Origin: Oikopleura dioica
Lineage: Eukaryota; Animalia; Chordata
Assembly: GCA_907165135.1 (NCBI GenBank)
Contig: OU015568.1
Span: 12,152,001-12,216,000 of the forward strand
DNA: 64,000 nucleotides
Reading direction: 5' to 3'
The notes beneath the pieces are model-generated. The model was not told the origin of the DNA. It did no database searches and saw only the letters and a list, made by a program, of their open reading frames with translations. Shown one piece after another: positions 1 to 12,655 of this stretch. The first letter of the stretch is position 1. Each line of letters starts with the position of its first letter. The position numbers and the translations under genes were made by a program.

Positions 1-306
1 TAGGCTCAGTTAACTGATCTAATCGTGATCTTCATTCTTGGGGCTCAAGAAAGATTGAAGATGCAAATTCTCTCGATGAAAAAATAAAATAACTCTCTGC
101 TCAAGCGTACCTCAATCATTCCCTCCCTATAATTGTAAATCTACTGTATTCACCCCGAGAAAAATAAAAACAAAACTGTTCACGTTCTTGTTCGTTCTCG
201 AGTTTATGAATTGCACCTTTTTTGGAAACAAGGGAAAAATGAATAAATTATCACAAGAATGAGCAGTAAGGTAAGATACAGTTACAGTAACGAAAGGAGA
301 ATTTGT

Positions 307-3300
307 TCACAATGTTGTAGGCTGCGGCATTTGAAAAATTTTCTGCGTGTCGTAAGGTAAACAATCTAGCATAATAGTGAATGATTTTAGATCACTAAAA
401 GCTACCTTTTAAATGTTCCATTTGCAAGATAACACCATTTTTCAATCTAAAAAGCTTAAGCTGTTCCAGATCTTTGACTTTCTGCTTCATTTGTAAGAGT
501 AAATCCATTATTTCAACTTCAGTCTTGTCCTCTGCCCAGCCGAGAACGTCTGCTTCAGACGTTGCTTCTGCGTGTAATTCCTAAAGCAAGTTACAATCTG
601 TCCACTAGAAACAGTCTCTTTACCAATATCTTGTCTCTCATTTCAATTTTCTTTCGCTCCAACCATCCGAAGAAATTCGGTCTTCTGAAAAACTCCCGAT
701 ACAGTGATGTCCAGTCGCCAGTTATTGACGATGTCAATTGGGGTCCCGATCGACTCAAGCTTTGTAGAAATGTTTTCACCTAAAAGAATTGATAGGAAAG
801 GGGAAAGTAAAGAGGGGGAACTTCGAAAGGATGAGGCGGAGGAGGAGGTTTAAAAGGGTCGATTTGCTTTTTCAATGGCATAAGCGAGGAGATGTATCTT
901 TCCAGGGGAAACTCAAAGCTTCTCGTCAGCGTTGCGAAATATCTAAAATTCGTGAACAGAGGGCCCTTGGATTAGACAACAAACCTTCTGATCATTGCAG
1001 AAGCAACTTCAGGTGGCCTTCTGGTGTTACTTAAAACATTCTTCACGACTTTTTCTATGCTGGCCTTGTCCTTGTCCAAATAGCCAGTATGTTTTGAAAA
1101 GAAGCCAGGATTGAGTTCGAGCGTTTTGATCTTGTCCAGAGATTTAGTCTTCTTGGACATCTTGTCGTTCAAACCACCGCATTTCAAAACGTGTGGCCAC
1201 TAGAAAAAATGTGTGGGTTTGAGAGAGTGAAATAGTCTTTTACCTTGGTAAGAGTTTTGCAGAAAAATGGATTCGTGACGCCAAGCATAAGCCCTTGGCG
1301 CCGTTTATTTTGATCGGTTGAACTGTCGGAATTATTGGTGAATGGCTGCGTCAGATCTTTGAAGTCAGAGTCGTGGATAGTAAAGTAAGGCCGCATTTCG
1401 TTACAGTAATGAAACGGCCTTATGAGTGAGGTAAGCCCTAGAACAGCTTGAGAGCACTGCTCAGGCGTCGCAGAGACGACCAGAAGTGGCTCACCAAGAA
1501 GAGTTAGCTCCCAAAGAACACCAAGATGATAGAAGGCGGTGTAGAGAGGACGGTAGAGATCGAGATCGGATATTTGAGGAATAAGAGTTGTTCCGCGGCT
1601 TGGAGCCATTGTCGGAAGGAGTTGATTGGACTCGACGGAGCTGTAGATTCGATTTTATTTTTCGAAATCAAGGAAGATAATATCTCACCGAACAGTTTGC
1701 GCCTCTCCGTACGCTGGCAATCTGACTCGCAGAACACTTCCTAAAAAGGGCAACTCCATCGTTTCACCCGCGATGGGACTGGGCCATCTATTAACCGCAG
1801 CCGCCATAGATTCTAGTGCCGCTTCTCCTTTGGAAAAGAACTCGGGCGCGGTGAGATCGATAATGTGTCGGAACAAGTTGTGGAATGGTAATTGAGATAG
1901 GATGATAACTGCTTTTTGATAAAAGCCACGGTGGATGCTTGCATCGCGTACTTGGCGGAAAAAGGCAATGCCGGAGAAATGACGAGTTTCTGGCTCGAGG
2001 TAACGCTCGGACTCGTTGCGTAAACGCTTGTGGATTTTTAACACGGTTGGATTTGTTTCTTTGCTGTGAAAGGGGTTTATTTTCAGAATTAATGAGGTAG
2101 CATCAGCTCTCGCTATGAAACATTTGCAAGGAATGTCTAAGAAGCATTTTATATACTAAATTTTGAAAACTGAACAGGCTATTTAGAATACAGTCGGAGT
2201 CCAAAATAAGGGACACCAAGATAAGGGACTTTTTGGCTCAAAATGCCGAAAATCAGCGGCAGAAAAAAATCCAATTTAAGGGACTTTCTGAGATTAGTAA
2301 GCTCTTTCGGTTAGCTGAGAGCCAATAAATGGTATCAATAACCTTGATTTCAATCAGTTTTGCCGCAAACTGAAGTGATTTCCCTTTCAGTATATGGTTT
2401 CCTCTTTCAAAAATGTCATAAAAGCCACAAAAACAATGACTTCAGCTTATTTTGCCGCAAAAAATATATTTTGAAAAAATTTGGCAGCGACATATTTTTT
2501 GCTTTGATGACCCAATTTAAGGGACTTTTTTCAAAAATTTTGGAGCAAAAAAAGTCCCTTATTTTGGACTCCGACTGTAGCTGTAAAAATTTTGGCCTTC
2601 CGGACCCATATATATGCCCAAAACATCTAAGAAATTGTGATAAGAATCGAACCTTTTCTTATTTGATAAAAACTGGTTTGTTCCCGATTATTTCAACCCT
2701 TTCCTTTGACGAATAGCAAGTCTTATAAATAGGGTCCACGCTCAAAAAATAAAACTTTTTAAATATTGCTTTTGAGGTCTTTTCATCAACATAAAAGATG
2801 AAGATCTCGAAGAGCTGAGTAAAACAAGCTAAATTTCAACCCGAAATGAAAAAGGGTTGAGGAGTTATGAAGAAAAAACACCCAAAAAACCATGAAGAAC
2901 GGCTCTTATAAAATTTTAATTAACACAGGCGAAATCGTAGCCCTTTTTTAACCCCAAATCGACCAATTTATTTTTGGAGGATGAAGTTTTTTCCCAGCAA
3001 TCCCGTAAAAATGGCCCTAAAAAGGCAAAAATCAGCGGCGCGCAGCTCGCTCAGCGCGCGATGGCCTAGGGGCATCGCAAGGGTGGCCACGTCGAAACTT
3101 CTTTAAAAATCCATTATTTTACAAATAAGGATAATTACACTAATGAAATTAAATAAAATCTTAACTAGAAATCAAATGAATAAAAAATAAACTCATAATA
3201 AAAATTTTTGAAAAATAAAAAAAGAAGTATTTCTTTATTTTTGTAAAGACCATAATTATATAAAATAAATGAACGATAGGTCTAACGTAAAATACGGGTG

Positions 3301-5918
3301 TGGGTGGGGTTGGGGACAAAGCTTGACTTAATGAAATGAGCTAGGTAGAGGCCCCGGCCTAAGTCAAGCCCATTTAAATTTAAAAGCCAGGGATGGGGCT
3401 GAGACGGCCCGAAGGGCCGTCAAGCCCATTTAAATTTAAAAGCCAGGGATGGGGCTGAGACGGCCCGAAGGGCCGTCAAGCCCATTTAAATTTAAAAGCC
3501 AGGGATGGGGCTGAGACGGCCCGAAGGGCCGTCAAGCCCATTTAAATTTAAAAGCCAGGGATGGGGCTGAGACGGCCCGAAGGGCCGTCAAGCCCATTTA
3601 AATTTAAAAGCCAGGGATGGGGCTGAGACGGCCCGAAGGGCCGTCAAGCCCATTTAAATTTAAAAGCCAGGGATGGGGCTGAGACGGCCCGAAGGGCCGT
3701 CAAGCCCATTTAAATTTAAAAGCCAGGGATGGGGCTGAGACGGCCCGAAGGGCCGTCAAGCCCATTTAAATTTAAAAGCCAGGGATGGGGCTGAGACGGC
3801 CCGAAGGGCCGTCAAGCCCATTTAAATTTAAAAGCCAGGGATGGGGCTGAGACGGCCCGAAGGGCCGTCAAGCCCATTTAAATTTAAAAGCCAGGGATGG
3901 GGCTGAGACGGCCCGAAGGGCCGTCAAGCCCATTTAAATTTAAAAGCCAGGGATGGGGCTGAGACGGCCCGAAGGGCCGTCAAGCCCATTTAAATTTAAA
4001 AGCCAGGGATGGGGCTGAGACGGCCCGAAGGGCCGTCAAGCCCATTTAAATTTAAAAGCCAGGGATGGGGCTGAGACGGCCCGAAGGGCCGTCAAGCCCA
4101 TTTAAATTTAAAAGCCAGGGATGGGGCTGAGACGGCCCGAAGGGCCGTCAAGCCCATTTAAATTTAAAAGCCAGGGATGGGGCTGAGACGGCCCGAAGGG
4201 CCGTCAAGCCATTTAAATTTAAAAGCCAGGGATGGGGCTGAGACGGCCCGAAGGGCCGTCAAGCCCATTTAAATTTAAAAGCCAGGGATGGGGCTGAGAC
4301 GGCCCGAAGGGCCGTCAAGCCCATTTAAATTTAAAAGCCAGGGATGGGGCTGAGACGGCCCGAAGGGCCGTCAAGCCCATTTAAATTTAAAAGCCAGGGA
4401 TGGGGCTGAGACGGCCCGAAGGGCCGTCAAGCCCATTTAAATTTAAAAGCCAGGGATGGGGCTGAGACGGCCCGAAGGGCCGTCAAGCCCATTTAAATTT
4501 AAAAGCCAGGGATGGGGCTGAGACGGCCCGAAGGGCCGTCAAGCCCATTTAAATTTAAAAGCCAGGGATGGGGCTGAGACGGCCCGAAGGGCCGTCAAGC
4601 CCATTTAAATTTAAAAGCCAGGGATGGGGCTGAGACGGCCCGAAGGGCCGTCAAGCCCATTTAAATTTAAAAGCCAGGGATGGGGCTGAGACGGCCCGAA
4701 GGGCCGTCAAGCCCATTTAAATTTAAAAGCCAGGGATGGGGCTGAGACGGCCCGAAGGGCCGTCAAGCCCATTTAAATTTAAAAGCCAGGGATGGGGCTG
4801 AGACGGCCCGAAGGGCCGTCAAGCCATTTAAATTTAAAAGCCAGGGATGGGGCTGAGACGGCCCGAAGGGCCGTCAAGCCCATTTAAATTTAAAAGCCAG
4901 GGATGGGGCTGAGACGGCCCGAAGGGCCGTCAAGCCCATTTAAATTTAAAAGCCAGGGATGGGGCTGAGACGGCCCGAAGGGCCGTCAAGCCCATTTAAA
5001 TTTAAAAGCCAGGGATGGGGCTGAGACGGCCCGAAGGGCCGTCAAGCCCATTTAAATTTAAAAGCCAGGGATGGGGCTTTTCTCCTTGTTTTCCTAAAAT
5101 GGTCATTTTGCCGACATCCGGAGGTTTTTAAAGCCTGAGAATTCTTTATTTTTGACTTCCATAGGAAAGAGATAATTGTCTGAAATAAATTAATAAATTG
5201 ATCGAGTTTTTTTGAAAAATTTAAAATTTTGACCCTTGTCTAAATTTCTAACGTGTAGTTTTAAATTGATTCTTAGTATTTATTATTCTAGAGCCATTTG
5301 TATGAAGCTTACCTGAGTTAGCTGAAGCGCCAGACAGCGCTCTGCTTTGTTTTCTTTGTGGACACCCTTGGACCGCCTGAGGCATCGCGCCGCGCGCTCT
5401 TTGAAAATGGCTCAGAATTTACGGAAAATTGTCGATTTCGTAAAATTTAGGCCATCCTCCAAAAAAAGGATTTTAGTTTCGAATTAAGAATTCAAAATAA
5501 CATATTTTTACAATTTTAAATTTAAAAAAACACGCGTTCTTGGGTGATTTTGCATTTTTGCCCACTTTGAGGCATCATTATTTCTCAACTCTTTTATAGA
5601 TTTTTTTTGAAAAAGGGTCAAAATGCTTGTTTTTTATAGTTGTTTTACATATCTAATTTTGAGAATTATAGGAGCTCTATTTCGGGTACCTATTTTTTGA
5701 GCGTGGACCCTACTTATAAAGAACCTTTCATCAATCTCCGGCTCGCTGCTCGAGTTTGAGTCTGGAAACGCCATGTAGCAGACATCAGAAGTCTCCTTCT
5801 CCCCGAGCTTGACATCTGGAGGAAAACAGTACTCAAGCTTTTGCCCAAGTTCCAGGTCAAAGGTGACCACGCCGACGCATTTCATCCACTCGTGGAACCG
5901 ACCCCATTCTTCAGACAT
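307..5918 (-). CDS. DENND6: DENN domain-containing protein 6 (FAM116), multi-exon
   Basis: Exons match DENND6 motifs: [16 protein letters not shown]...YMAFPDSNS (5634-5918), [27 protein letters not shown] (1685-2044), [15 protein letters not shown]...[12 protein letters not shown] (1184-1609), [26 protein letters not shown] (591-779). Stop TGA is probably at 307-309. The large first intron/exon-1 region holds two transposons. Confidence 0.9.
2191..2577. mobile_element. Tc1/mariner (pogo-like) MITE, 387 bp
   Basis: 24-bp TIR CAGTCGGAGTCCAAAATAAGGGAC at 2191, reverse complement ending at 2577, flanked by TA on both sides; no coding capacity. Confidence 0.85.
2730..5712. mobile_element. Non-autonomous hAT-type DNA transposon (2983 bp) containing a tandem array
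   Basis: 22-bp perfect TIR TAGGGTCCACGCTCAAAAAATA (2730-2751 / 5691-5712) and an 8-bp TSD CTTATAAA (2722-2729, 5713-5720). An 8-bp TSD with TAGGG ends is typical of hAT. No transposase ORF. Confidence 0.85.
3365..5078. repeat. 56-bp minisatellite, about 30.6 near-identical copies, each with a GC hairpin
   Basis: Unit CAAGCCCATTTAAATTTAAAAGCCAGGGATGGGGCTGAGACGGCCCGAAGGGCCGT recurs every 56 nt (3365, 3421...). Only two single-C deletions were seen, near 4210 and 4825. Confidence 0.97.
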
Positions 5919-6062
5919 TTCGAAAACGCTTTTTATAACATTATCTGAAGAGATTTTCTCAATTTTTGTTGAATGATTAATTAGATATCTTTGAAATGGG
6001 AGTTCGAAAAAGGAGTTGGCGAACAGAAAGGATGAAGGAAGAATGTTTTCAAAAGCTTGTTT

Positions 6063-6789
6063 TCAATCTTGAGACATGAGCTCTTCCGAAGCAGCGACAA
6101 AAGAAGGAGTGCTCAGGATCGTTCCGTGTTGGTAAAATGGATTGGCAGAGGCTTTGATATAGTTTGTATGAAGAGTTCGCAGTTTCGCTTTCACCTACGA
6201 TGAATTAATGAGTTGTCGACGATGAATTAACCCTTCATATTTTTTCTCACCTGATTTTCTACAATTTGATTGCTCGTCTTGTATAGTGCTAAAAACTTCA
6301 TCCTGCTCGGGGGGCAGTAGCCGTACACCCGATGTGTTTCATTTTCATACAGTGTGCCCAAGAAAATATCCTGCGTTTCCGTGGTTTTCTCGTCCATGAC
6401 GTCCAGTGAGCTGTAGGCGCAGAATGAGAGCTCCAGCTCGTTTGCTCCTTCTTTGAAGCCTAAAAGGTAAATATGAAAAGTGGGTCAGCAAATAAACGGG
6501 TAGAAGCCGCGGTGGTTTAGCCCATATTGAAACCACAAAAGTAGTTTTCCCAACAGAAAAATTTCCAGAAAAGTGTGAGTATTATGGGGAAAAGAGAAAA
6601 AATATAAAGATAAAATGAAAACAATAGCAATTCTATCAAAGATAACTGTCCCAACATCATTCAAAAGTTAACAGATTACTTCACCCTGAAATGAAGTGCC
6701 TAAATTTTCTTATCTACATATCGATAATAAGCCTTACCTTGATAAATTGGCGTATTATTCGCAGCTATCACCATCAAACTGTCACACAT
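6063..6789 (-). CDS. TRAPPC2L: Trafficking protein particle complex subunit 2-like
   Basis: Spliced reading MCDSLMVIAANNTPIYQ...FLGTLYENETHRVYGYCPPSRMKFL...LRTLHTNYIKASANPFYQHG matches the sedlin-family TRAPPC2L pattern. Confidence 0.8.
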
Positions 6790-7242
6790 ATTCTCCCTAT
6801 TCTGAAAACAATCCTCTGTTTTAATACTTTCCTCAAGAATAAAATCAAATTCAAATTTGAGAGAGACAAGCAGGAGCAGTTTATTTTTGACACTCTTGTC
6901 ACACTTAAAATGTGAAACAATAACTTTCGATAGACTATTTTTTCGAATTCCGAATTTCAATAGCTTTGAGCTATTATAATGAAAAATTGAAAAATGAAAA
7001 AATAGTTTGCGTGCGTGGATTTTTTTCTTTTCAAACAAAACGCGCGTGGAACGTGAAAATGCGCAAAGTAGGGAACAGTGATTTTGGAACAGGAACATTT
7101 TCACTTAAATCTCGGAACTATTCTTTTTGATGTTTTTTTTTCTTTGAGAAGGTAGAAGACGGGAGAGAAGAAGTGTGTACAATAAATATTTTTTTCGTAA
7201 TAAATAAAAGAAAAACAGACAGAAGAAAGGTGTAGTTTGGTA

Positions 7243-9506
7243 CTAGCTGTCTGTTGACTCGGGATTAGGATTCGCGCTGTCCGTGCCAAAGACCTTTGTC
7301 ATGTCCATTCGCCCTGGAAGGGTGAGCTTTGTGTTGTTGTTTTCACGTTTCCTTTTTTCTTGCCTTCGTTATTGTTAAATTTTAGACTTTTCAGGGTAGA
7401 CAGTACCTGGCAGCTTTCTTCGCCGCATTTTCCTGTCGTTCCCTCTTGCGGGTTTGTTTCAATTCCTCTTTCTTTTCAATTTCTGCGTGGAACTCGACAT
7501 CTGCTTCTCGCAATCTAGTCAGATCCCAGTCGCTCTCGCCCGAGGCGTGTACTTTCAAAAGCGCATCTATCTTAGCTGGATCAGCCTTGTTTTCCCGGAT
7601 GAACTTTCGCTTGATTTCGCTGGCTGATCGGCCAATGAATGCTCCCGAAAGAGCCTCAAAATCATTTCCTAGAATGGTTCAATCAATCTTTTTGATAATT
7701 ATGACTCGATTAAAACGTACCAACAATCGTCAAAGCTTCATAAAACCTATCAGTTTCGTCATCATGCCAATTCTTGCTTCTTCTCGCGAGCTTTCTCTTC
7801 CTATACGACAACGAGTTCACATTCTCGGCGAACAAGTCGAAGTCTTCTACAATTTCATCCGTGTTCAATGTTGTTTCCGACGCCTGCACTTTTTGGAAGA
7901 GTGAATCTTGATCCAAAACCATCTTTCCGTTTATAACTCTGAAATGAAGATGAAAATCAACTTAGATAGAGAAGCGAGTGTACCTGATCTTTGGCATGAT
8001 TCTTTGCGGCGTAGGAGCAGTTTCCTGCTTTGACTTGACCGTCTGAACGGTGGCGTTGCTCTTGCTAGAGAGTTGGGAAGCAGTAGTCGCCCGTTCTTTA
8101 GCTTCCCGCTGCTCTCGAAGCTTCTTGGAGAAGTTCATCTCGAAAGTGCCACACTTGCCGCCGACATGGATCAAGTCCGACATCGACACTTCGGTCTTGT
8201 CGATGATGCCGTCCTCTACGGATTTACATGGTTAGACAGAAGCTTTCCCAGCACAATTCAATATCTAGCACCCGTGGTTTCTTATCAACACTCTCCCGAA
8301 TTATAAATTTCAACAAGAAGGATAAAAGACTAATTTAAAATGACGGTTCCCGATTCTACTAGCGAATGTAATCTATGATGATTTCAGTATATTTTTCAAT
8401 ATTGAATAATTATTTCCGCAATTCAGCTTGTCCAATATTGAAAAATAGATATTATGGCCTTTTCAAAAGTGAATTTCCAGGTCTTAAAAAATCTATTTCC
8501 CGCCTTATCCGTTTACCGATTTTTCTTATATTATCGAGCTCTTCTAAAAGTTTGCTTTTTCACAAAACAATCAACACATATCAACACAAAAGAGAATCAA
8601 GATGATACCTGCTGTGTGTTTCTTTATTGTATCTTCGGCACGTTTCTTCCTAGCGATCGATTCTGCCCTCGAAGACTTGCCAGTAGAAACACTCATAGCT
8701 AAGACCTGATTCTTGGGGGTTTTCTTGGCCCGTTTTGTTGGGTTTTCAATCTCTGGCGGAGGTACTTTGAATTGAAACAACGCGTCTTGGACGGATTCCT
8801 TCTGAACAACTGGAGCGTCAGGTGGATCCATTGGCGCTCCATTTTCCGGCACTGCAACTTCTACACAGATAGTTTGTTATAGGGAAAGAAGCAGGCAGTA
8901 CCTTTTAAGATTAAATCAGCGGCAGAACTGCTGGTAGAAACTTCAGGGGCAGAAGAAGTGTTAACGAGCACGGGGGGAGTCTGTAGCTGATGATCTGCAA
9001 CTACGGGAGTTGTTGGTAACGCTGATACTTTCTCAAGGTTGAAAATTGAACCGATGGTCGTGCAATCTTTAATCTAAGATTAGACCTTTTCCTGAGAGAG
9101 ACAAATTCAACGCCGGCGCTCTTGAAGGACTCGAGCTTTTACCCGAGGGGCGGAACTTTGTCTTTGCCCGACGAGCAGAGGGTTTTGGCGACTCTGGTTT
9201 CTTGATCAACGGTGGTGGAGGTGAGAGAAGTCGTGGTGGTTGAAGTTCTGCTTGTAGAATAGGTTTAATGTCAGGTGTCACTGGTTTCACGTCGGGAAGA
9301 GATGGAGTACTGCTGATAATCGCAGTGGGAGGCGTTTCATTTAGAGCTTGTTCTGTTTTGATAGAAGGATTGGACAGGGTCGAGATGGAAGTTTGAGAAA
9401 CGCTGGGAGATAGAGTGGGCGCGATCGACAGGGGTTCTTTGGAGGGTTCATTTGATTTTGGCTTCGTACCAACACTCGGGCGAAATTTGGTTTTCGACCG
9501 GCGCAT
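7243..9506 (-). CDS. BDP1: TFIIIB component B'' (Bdp1), SANT/Myb domain
   Basis: SANT segment RRSKNWHDDETDRFYEALTIVG...DFEALSGAFIGRSASEIKRKFIREN; low-complexity Pro/Ser N-terminus (9069-9506). Multi-exon; the stop position is approximate. Confidence 0.75.
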
Positions 9507-9599
9507 ATTTACATCGGTTTCCGATCAAATCGGGGAGGACAATTTCTGAAAGTGAGCAAATTTAATTAATTGCGAGTAATTTATAATTGACCATTTCGT

Positions 9600-10920
9600 C
9601 TAATTAGAACTTGAAGGATACATTTCACGAGCTTCCGCAGAATTAGTACAAGTAGCGCTACTTTGAGTATACGACGGTAGCTGACGATATCTGTAATAAG
9701 TTTCGTCTCGCCACCATCTTGATGTGTAGCGCTTTTTAGTTGGGTCACGGCGGAGGAAATCGACGTAGAATTCGCGCTGCCGGCGGCCCCAGAAGTCGTT
9801 TTGAATGCCGCAAACGCCCTCGTTGTAATCAATAAGCAAACGCATTGGTTGACGCTGTAAATAGAAGCTGTAAATAAAACTGACAAGGGTTCAAAAAAGG
9901 TTCGCTAAAAGAAGAGGTTTTCTATGTGGCGCTAGTTGATGTTTTTGGCAGGTTTTTTCTATTGAAAGAGTTTCATCTAGTGGCGTGAGAATGGAATGAA
10001 ATGATGACAGACTGTTCATCATTTTCAGTAAAAATTAATTTTCAAATGATAGCAAAACAAAAGTAGTGGCATATAAAAATAATTGTTACGTACCTTTATG
10101 CCAAATCTTGGCCTGAGATTTCCGCCATGTCTTCCATGAATTCTGCAAATAATCGTCGACGGATCCTTATCCAGCTTCTTCAACTGTCTAAATCGACCAT
10201 TATTCATCATCCATGAAAACTCTTGCGCCTGTCTTCTGAACACTTTCGGCAACACTTTATTCTGAATAAATAAAAAACATGAGACTCGAAAACACGAAAA
10301 CACTCTCTTACATCGTGGAGGGCTTTAAGTCTGATTAAGTGCATTTGATATTGAAGTTGAATACGCTTTCGATGGGCAAATCGCTGCGCAACGTTCTTTT
10401 TGTATCTAAGGATCGGGCCATCAACGGCGCCTGCTCGGGCCGGGTTTTCGAAGCCACGATCGTACATTGCCCGGCGCCAGGTGTTCATATCATCAGAATC
10501 GTGAATAATGTCTCCTGTTGGTTTACCAGCTGATTGAAGGTGTTGTGGATTCTTCGGAGCTACGTCTTTGTCGCCAGGCTTGACCTGGTCCATCATCCAG
10601 AACATGGGAAGTGTATCCAGGTCTTTTGTAAGACTTGGTCTGTGGGCGAATTCTGAAAGAATGAGTGAAATTCATACTTGAATGCTTTTATACCTTTTTG
10701 ACGAAGCCATGGCTCCTCCTTCCTAATTCTTCTGTAGTAACCCTTGTTCATTCCATTCCCATTTCTCCAGTGATACTTTCCCATTTTCGAAAAACCATCT
10801 CTAAAGTTCCACGGGCCCTTCCACTGATCCACCGACGTCGTAGCCAAACTTCTCTTTGCCACTTGCACCGGAGTCGGGGCCAGAGCCAATTTCGAAAACG
10901 AGCCCAAAAGGGCGTTCATG
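9600..10920 (-). CDS. MRPL2: Mitochondrial-targeted protein, probably highly diverged mitoribosomal uL2m
   Basis: Presequence-like MNALLGSFSKLAL...; weak, colinear resemblance from memory to MRPL2 segments (GKYHWRNGNGMNKGYYRRI, KPTGDIIHDS, IDYNEGVCG, SRWWRDETYYRYRQLPSY). The identity is uncertain. Confidence 0.4.
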
Positions 10921-10989
10921 TCTGAAAGACTCGTGCGTAAGAGACTGATGAGCAATTTGGCAGTTATGTTGCAGTAAATTTGACTAATT

Positions 10990-11710
10990 TCACATCTCCC
11001 CGCATTGCGTGATCACAACAGGAACTCGAGGCTTGTTTTGTCCGTCAGTGGGGATGTTTTCGATCTTTCTTACGATCAGCATTCCGTCTTCAATCACCTA
11101 GAAAATAGTCTATCACAAGACTATGTAAGGATGTCTCACTTTTCCGAAGACGACGTGTTTATTGTCGAGAAAATCGCATTTTGTGCAGGTGAGGAAAAAC
11201 TGGCAGCCGTTCGTGTCCTTCCCAGAGTTCGCTAGAATTTCATCAATACCTAAACTTCTACAGAAAGTTTTACCCATGGACAGAACACCAGCAGTCTCGT
11301 GTTTTTTCACGAAGTTCTCATCTTTAAATTTTCCACCGTAAATACTTGTCAGGCCCGTTCCATCCGAGTTAATAAAATCACCTCCTTGGATCATGAAATC
11401 CTAAAATCTCTTGAAAACGACGGAAATTTCTCAGTTGTACCTTGATAACTCGATGAAAGAGGCAACCTTTGTAGCCAACGGGGATTCCATCCTTTTTATG
11501 CTCTCCGGTGCAAAACTGACGAAAGTTTTCGGCAGTTTTTGGACACACATCACGAAACAGCTGATTTTAGAGTTAAAACTTGGTTCGGCTTTTGCCAGAA
11601 TCTCAAGAACGAACCTCCATTTTTAGCCTGCCAATTTCTTTGCCTCCAACAGAAATGTCAAAAAACACGATGGGATTGTCGCGATTCGAGACTTTGATTC
11701 CACTCGACAT
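10990..11710 (-). CDS. PPIH: Cyclophilin H (U4/U6 snRNP peptidyl-prolyl isomerase)
   Basis: [75 protein letters not shown] and C-terminal VVITQCGEM* are diagnostic of PPIH. Confidence 0.9.
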
Positions 11711-11938
11711 ATCTTTTTCTGCAGTCTATGTGAAATCATGTCAACAGAAGCGGCTTATTTCCGATAAATAAGTTGTTCTTTTGAAGGAAATTTCAGTCAG
11801 TTTTGCGAGTTATTTTTTTTTAATCATGATTGATTGTTTCTTGATTTTTGAGAAGAATGCAGTTTTAGATTAATTTTAATCAAAAGAAATGATGCACACT
11901 TGGTTGATTTTCTTTTCTGTATTTAGTTATTCAATAAA

Positions 11939-12576
11939 TTATTCTTTAGCAATGATCAGGGGTCCGAGGTTGTCGCCGGTCTCCTTGTTGTACTTGTTAT
12001 GAGCACCATCGCAGTAGGGGAACTTGGCGGACTTCCAGCATCGGCAGTAGACAGCCTTGCCGTCGATGTTCTCAGTCCTGTAAAAAATTCGAATAAATTT
12101 AAAGTTCACAAGGGTTACACAAAACTTGCTTTGTAAAAACAGATGAATATTTCATTTCAAATAACTGACCACCCAGAATCTTGGGCCACTTTAAATGAGT
12201 TCGCTAAGAAGTTCAATAAAGATAGATTGTTGATAAGAGCTTTAATTCCCGCTGTAATAAAACGATTCAGAGGCCACAATCAAAGTTGAAATATTGACTT
12301 ACTTGAAAGTATCGACGACCTTATCGCTTCCAAGCTTCACAGTCGTGTTTTGTCGGTGAGGAGTTGTCAACTTCTCGGCCAAATACCACGCACCAGCTTA
12401 ACTCTTATGAACTAACAAGAAAAGAAAACATGCTAACCTCCAGTAGTTCCGAAAAAGAGGGTAAGATGCAAGACATCTTTCGCGGACAAATTCGCAACAT
12501 CGGCGAAAGATCTTGGAATTGGCAGACTGTTGAGGTATCCGGCAAGACCGTCCTGGATCACCCAAGCAAGTGGCAT
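11939..12576 (-). CDS. CISD2: CDGSH iron-sulfur domain protein (Miner1/CISD2-like)
   Basis: C-terminal [33 protein letters not shown]; N-terminal [14 protein letters not shown] resembles CISD2. Confidence 0.85.
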
Positions 12577-12655
12577 GTTTTCTAAATTCTATAATGATTT
12601 AAAAAAAGAGCTGGGAAATATGAATGAAGAAACATGTGAATAGGTCGGTACAGGT

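Noticed and set aside
2360-2716. 118-aa plus-strand ORF
   Set aside because: It runs through an AT-rich MITE and intron antisense to DENND6, with no protein-like features.
3399-3430. Hammerhead ribozyme or retrozyme resemblance (CTGA-GA-stem-loop)
   Set aside because: The CUGANGA spacing is wrong and the GAAA core after stem II is absent (TCAA instead).
3365-5078. CRISPR array interpretation of the hairpin repeats
   Set aside because: Units are contiguous and identical with no unique spacers, there are no cas genes, and the context is a eukaryotic intron.
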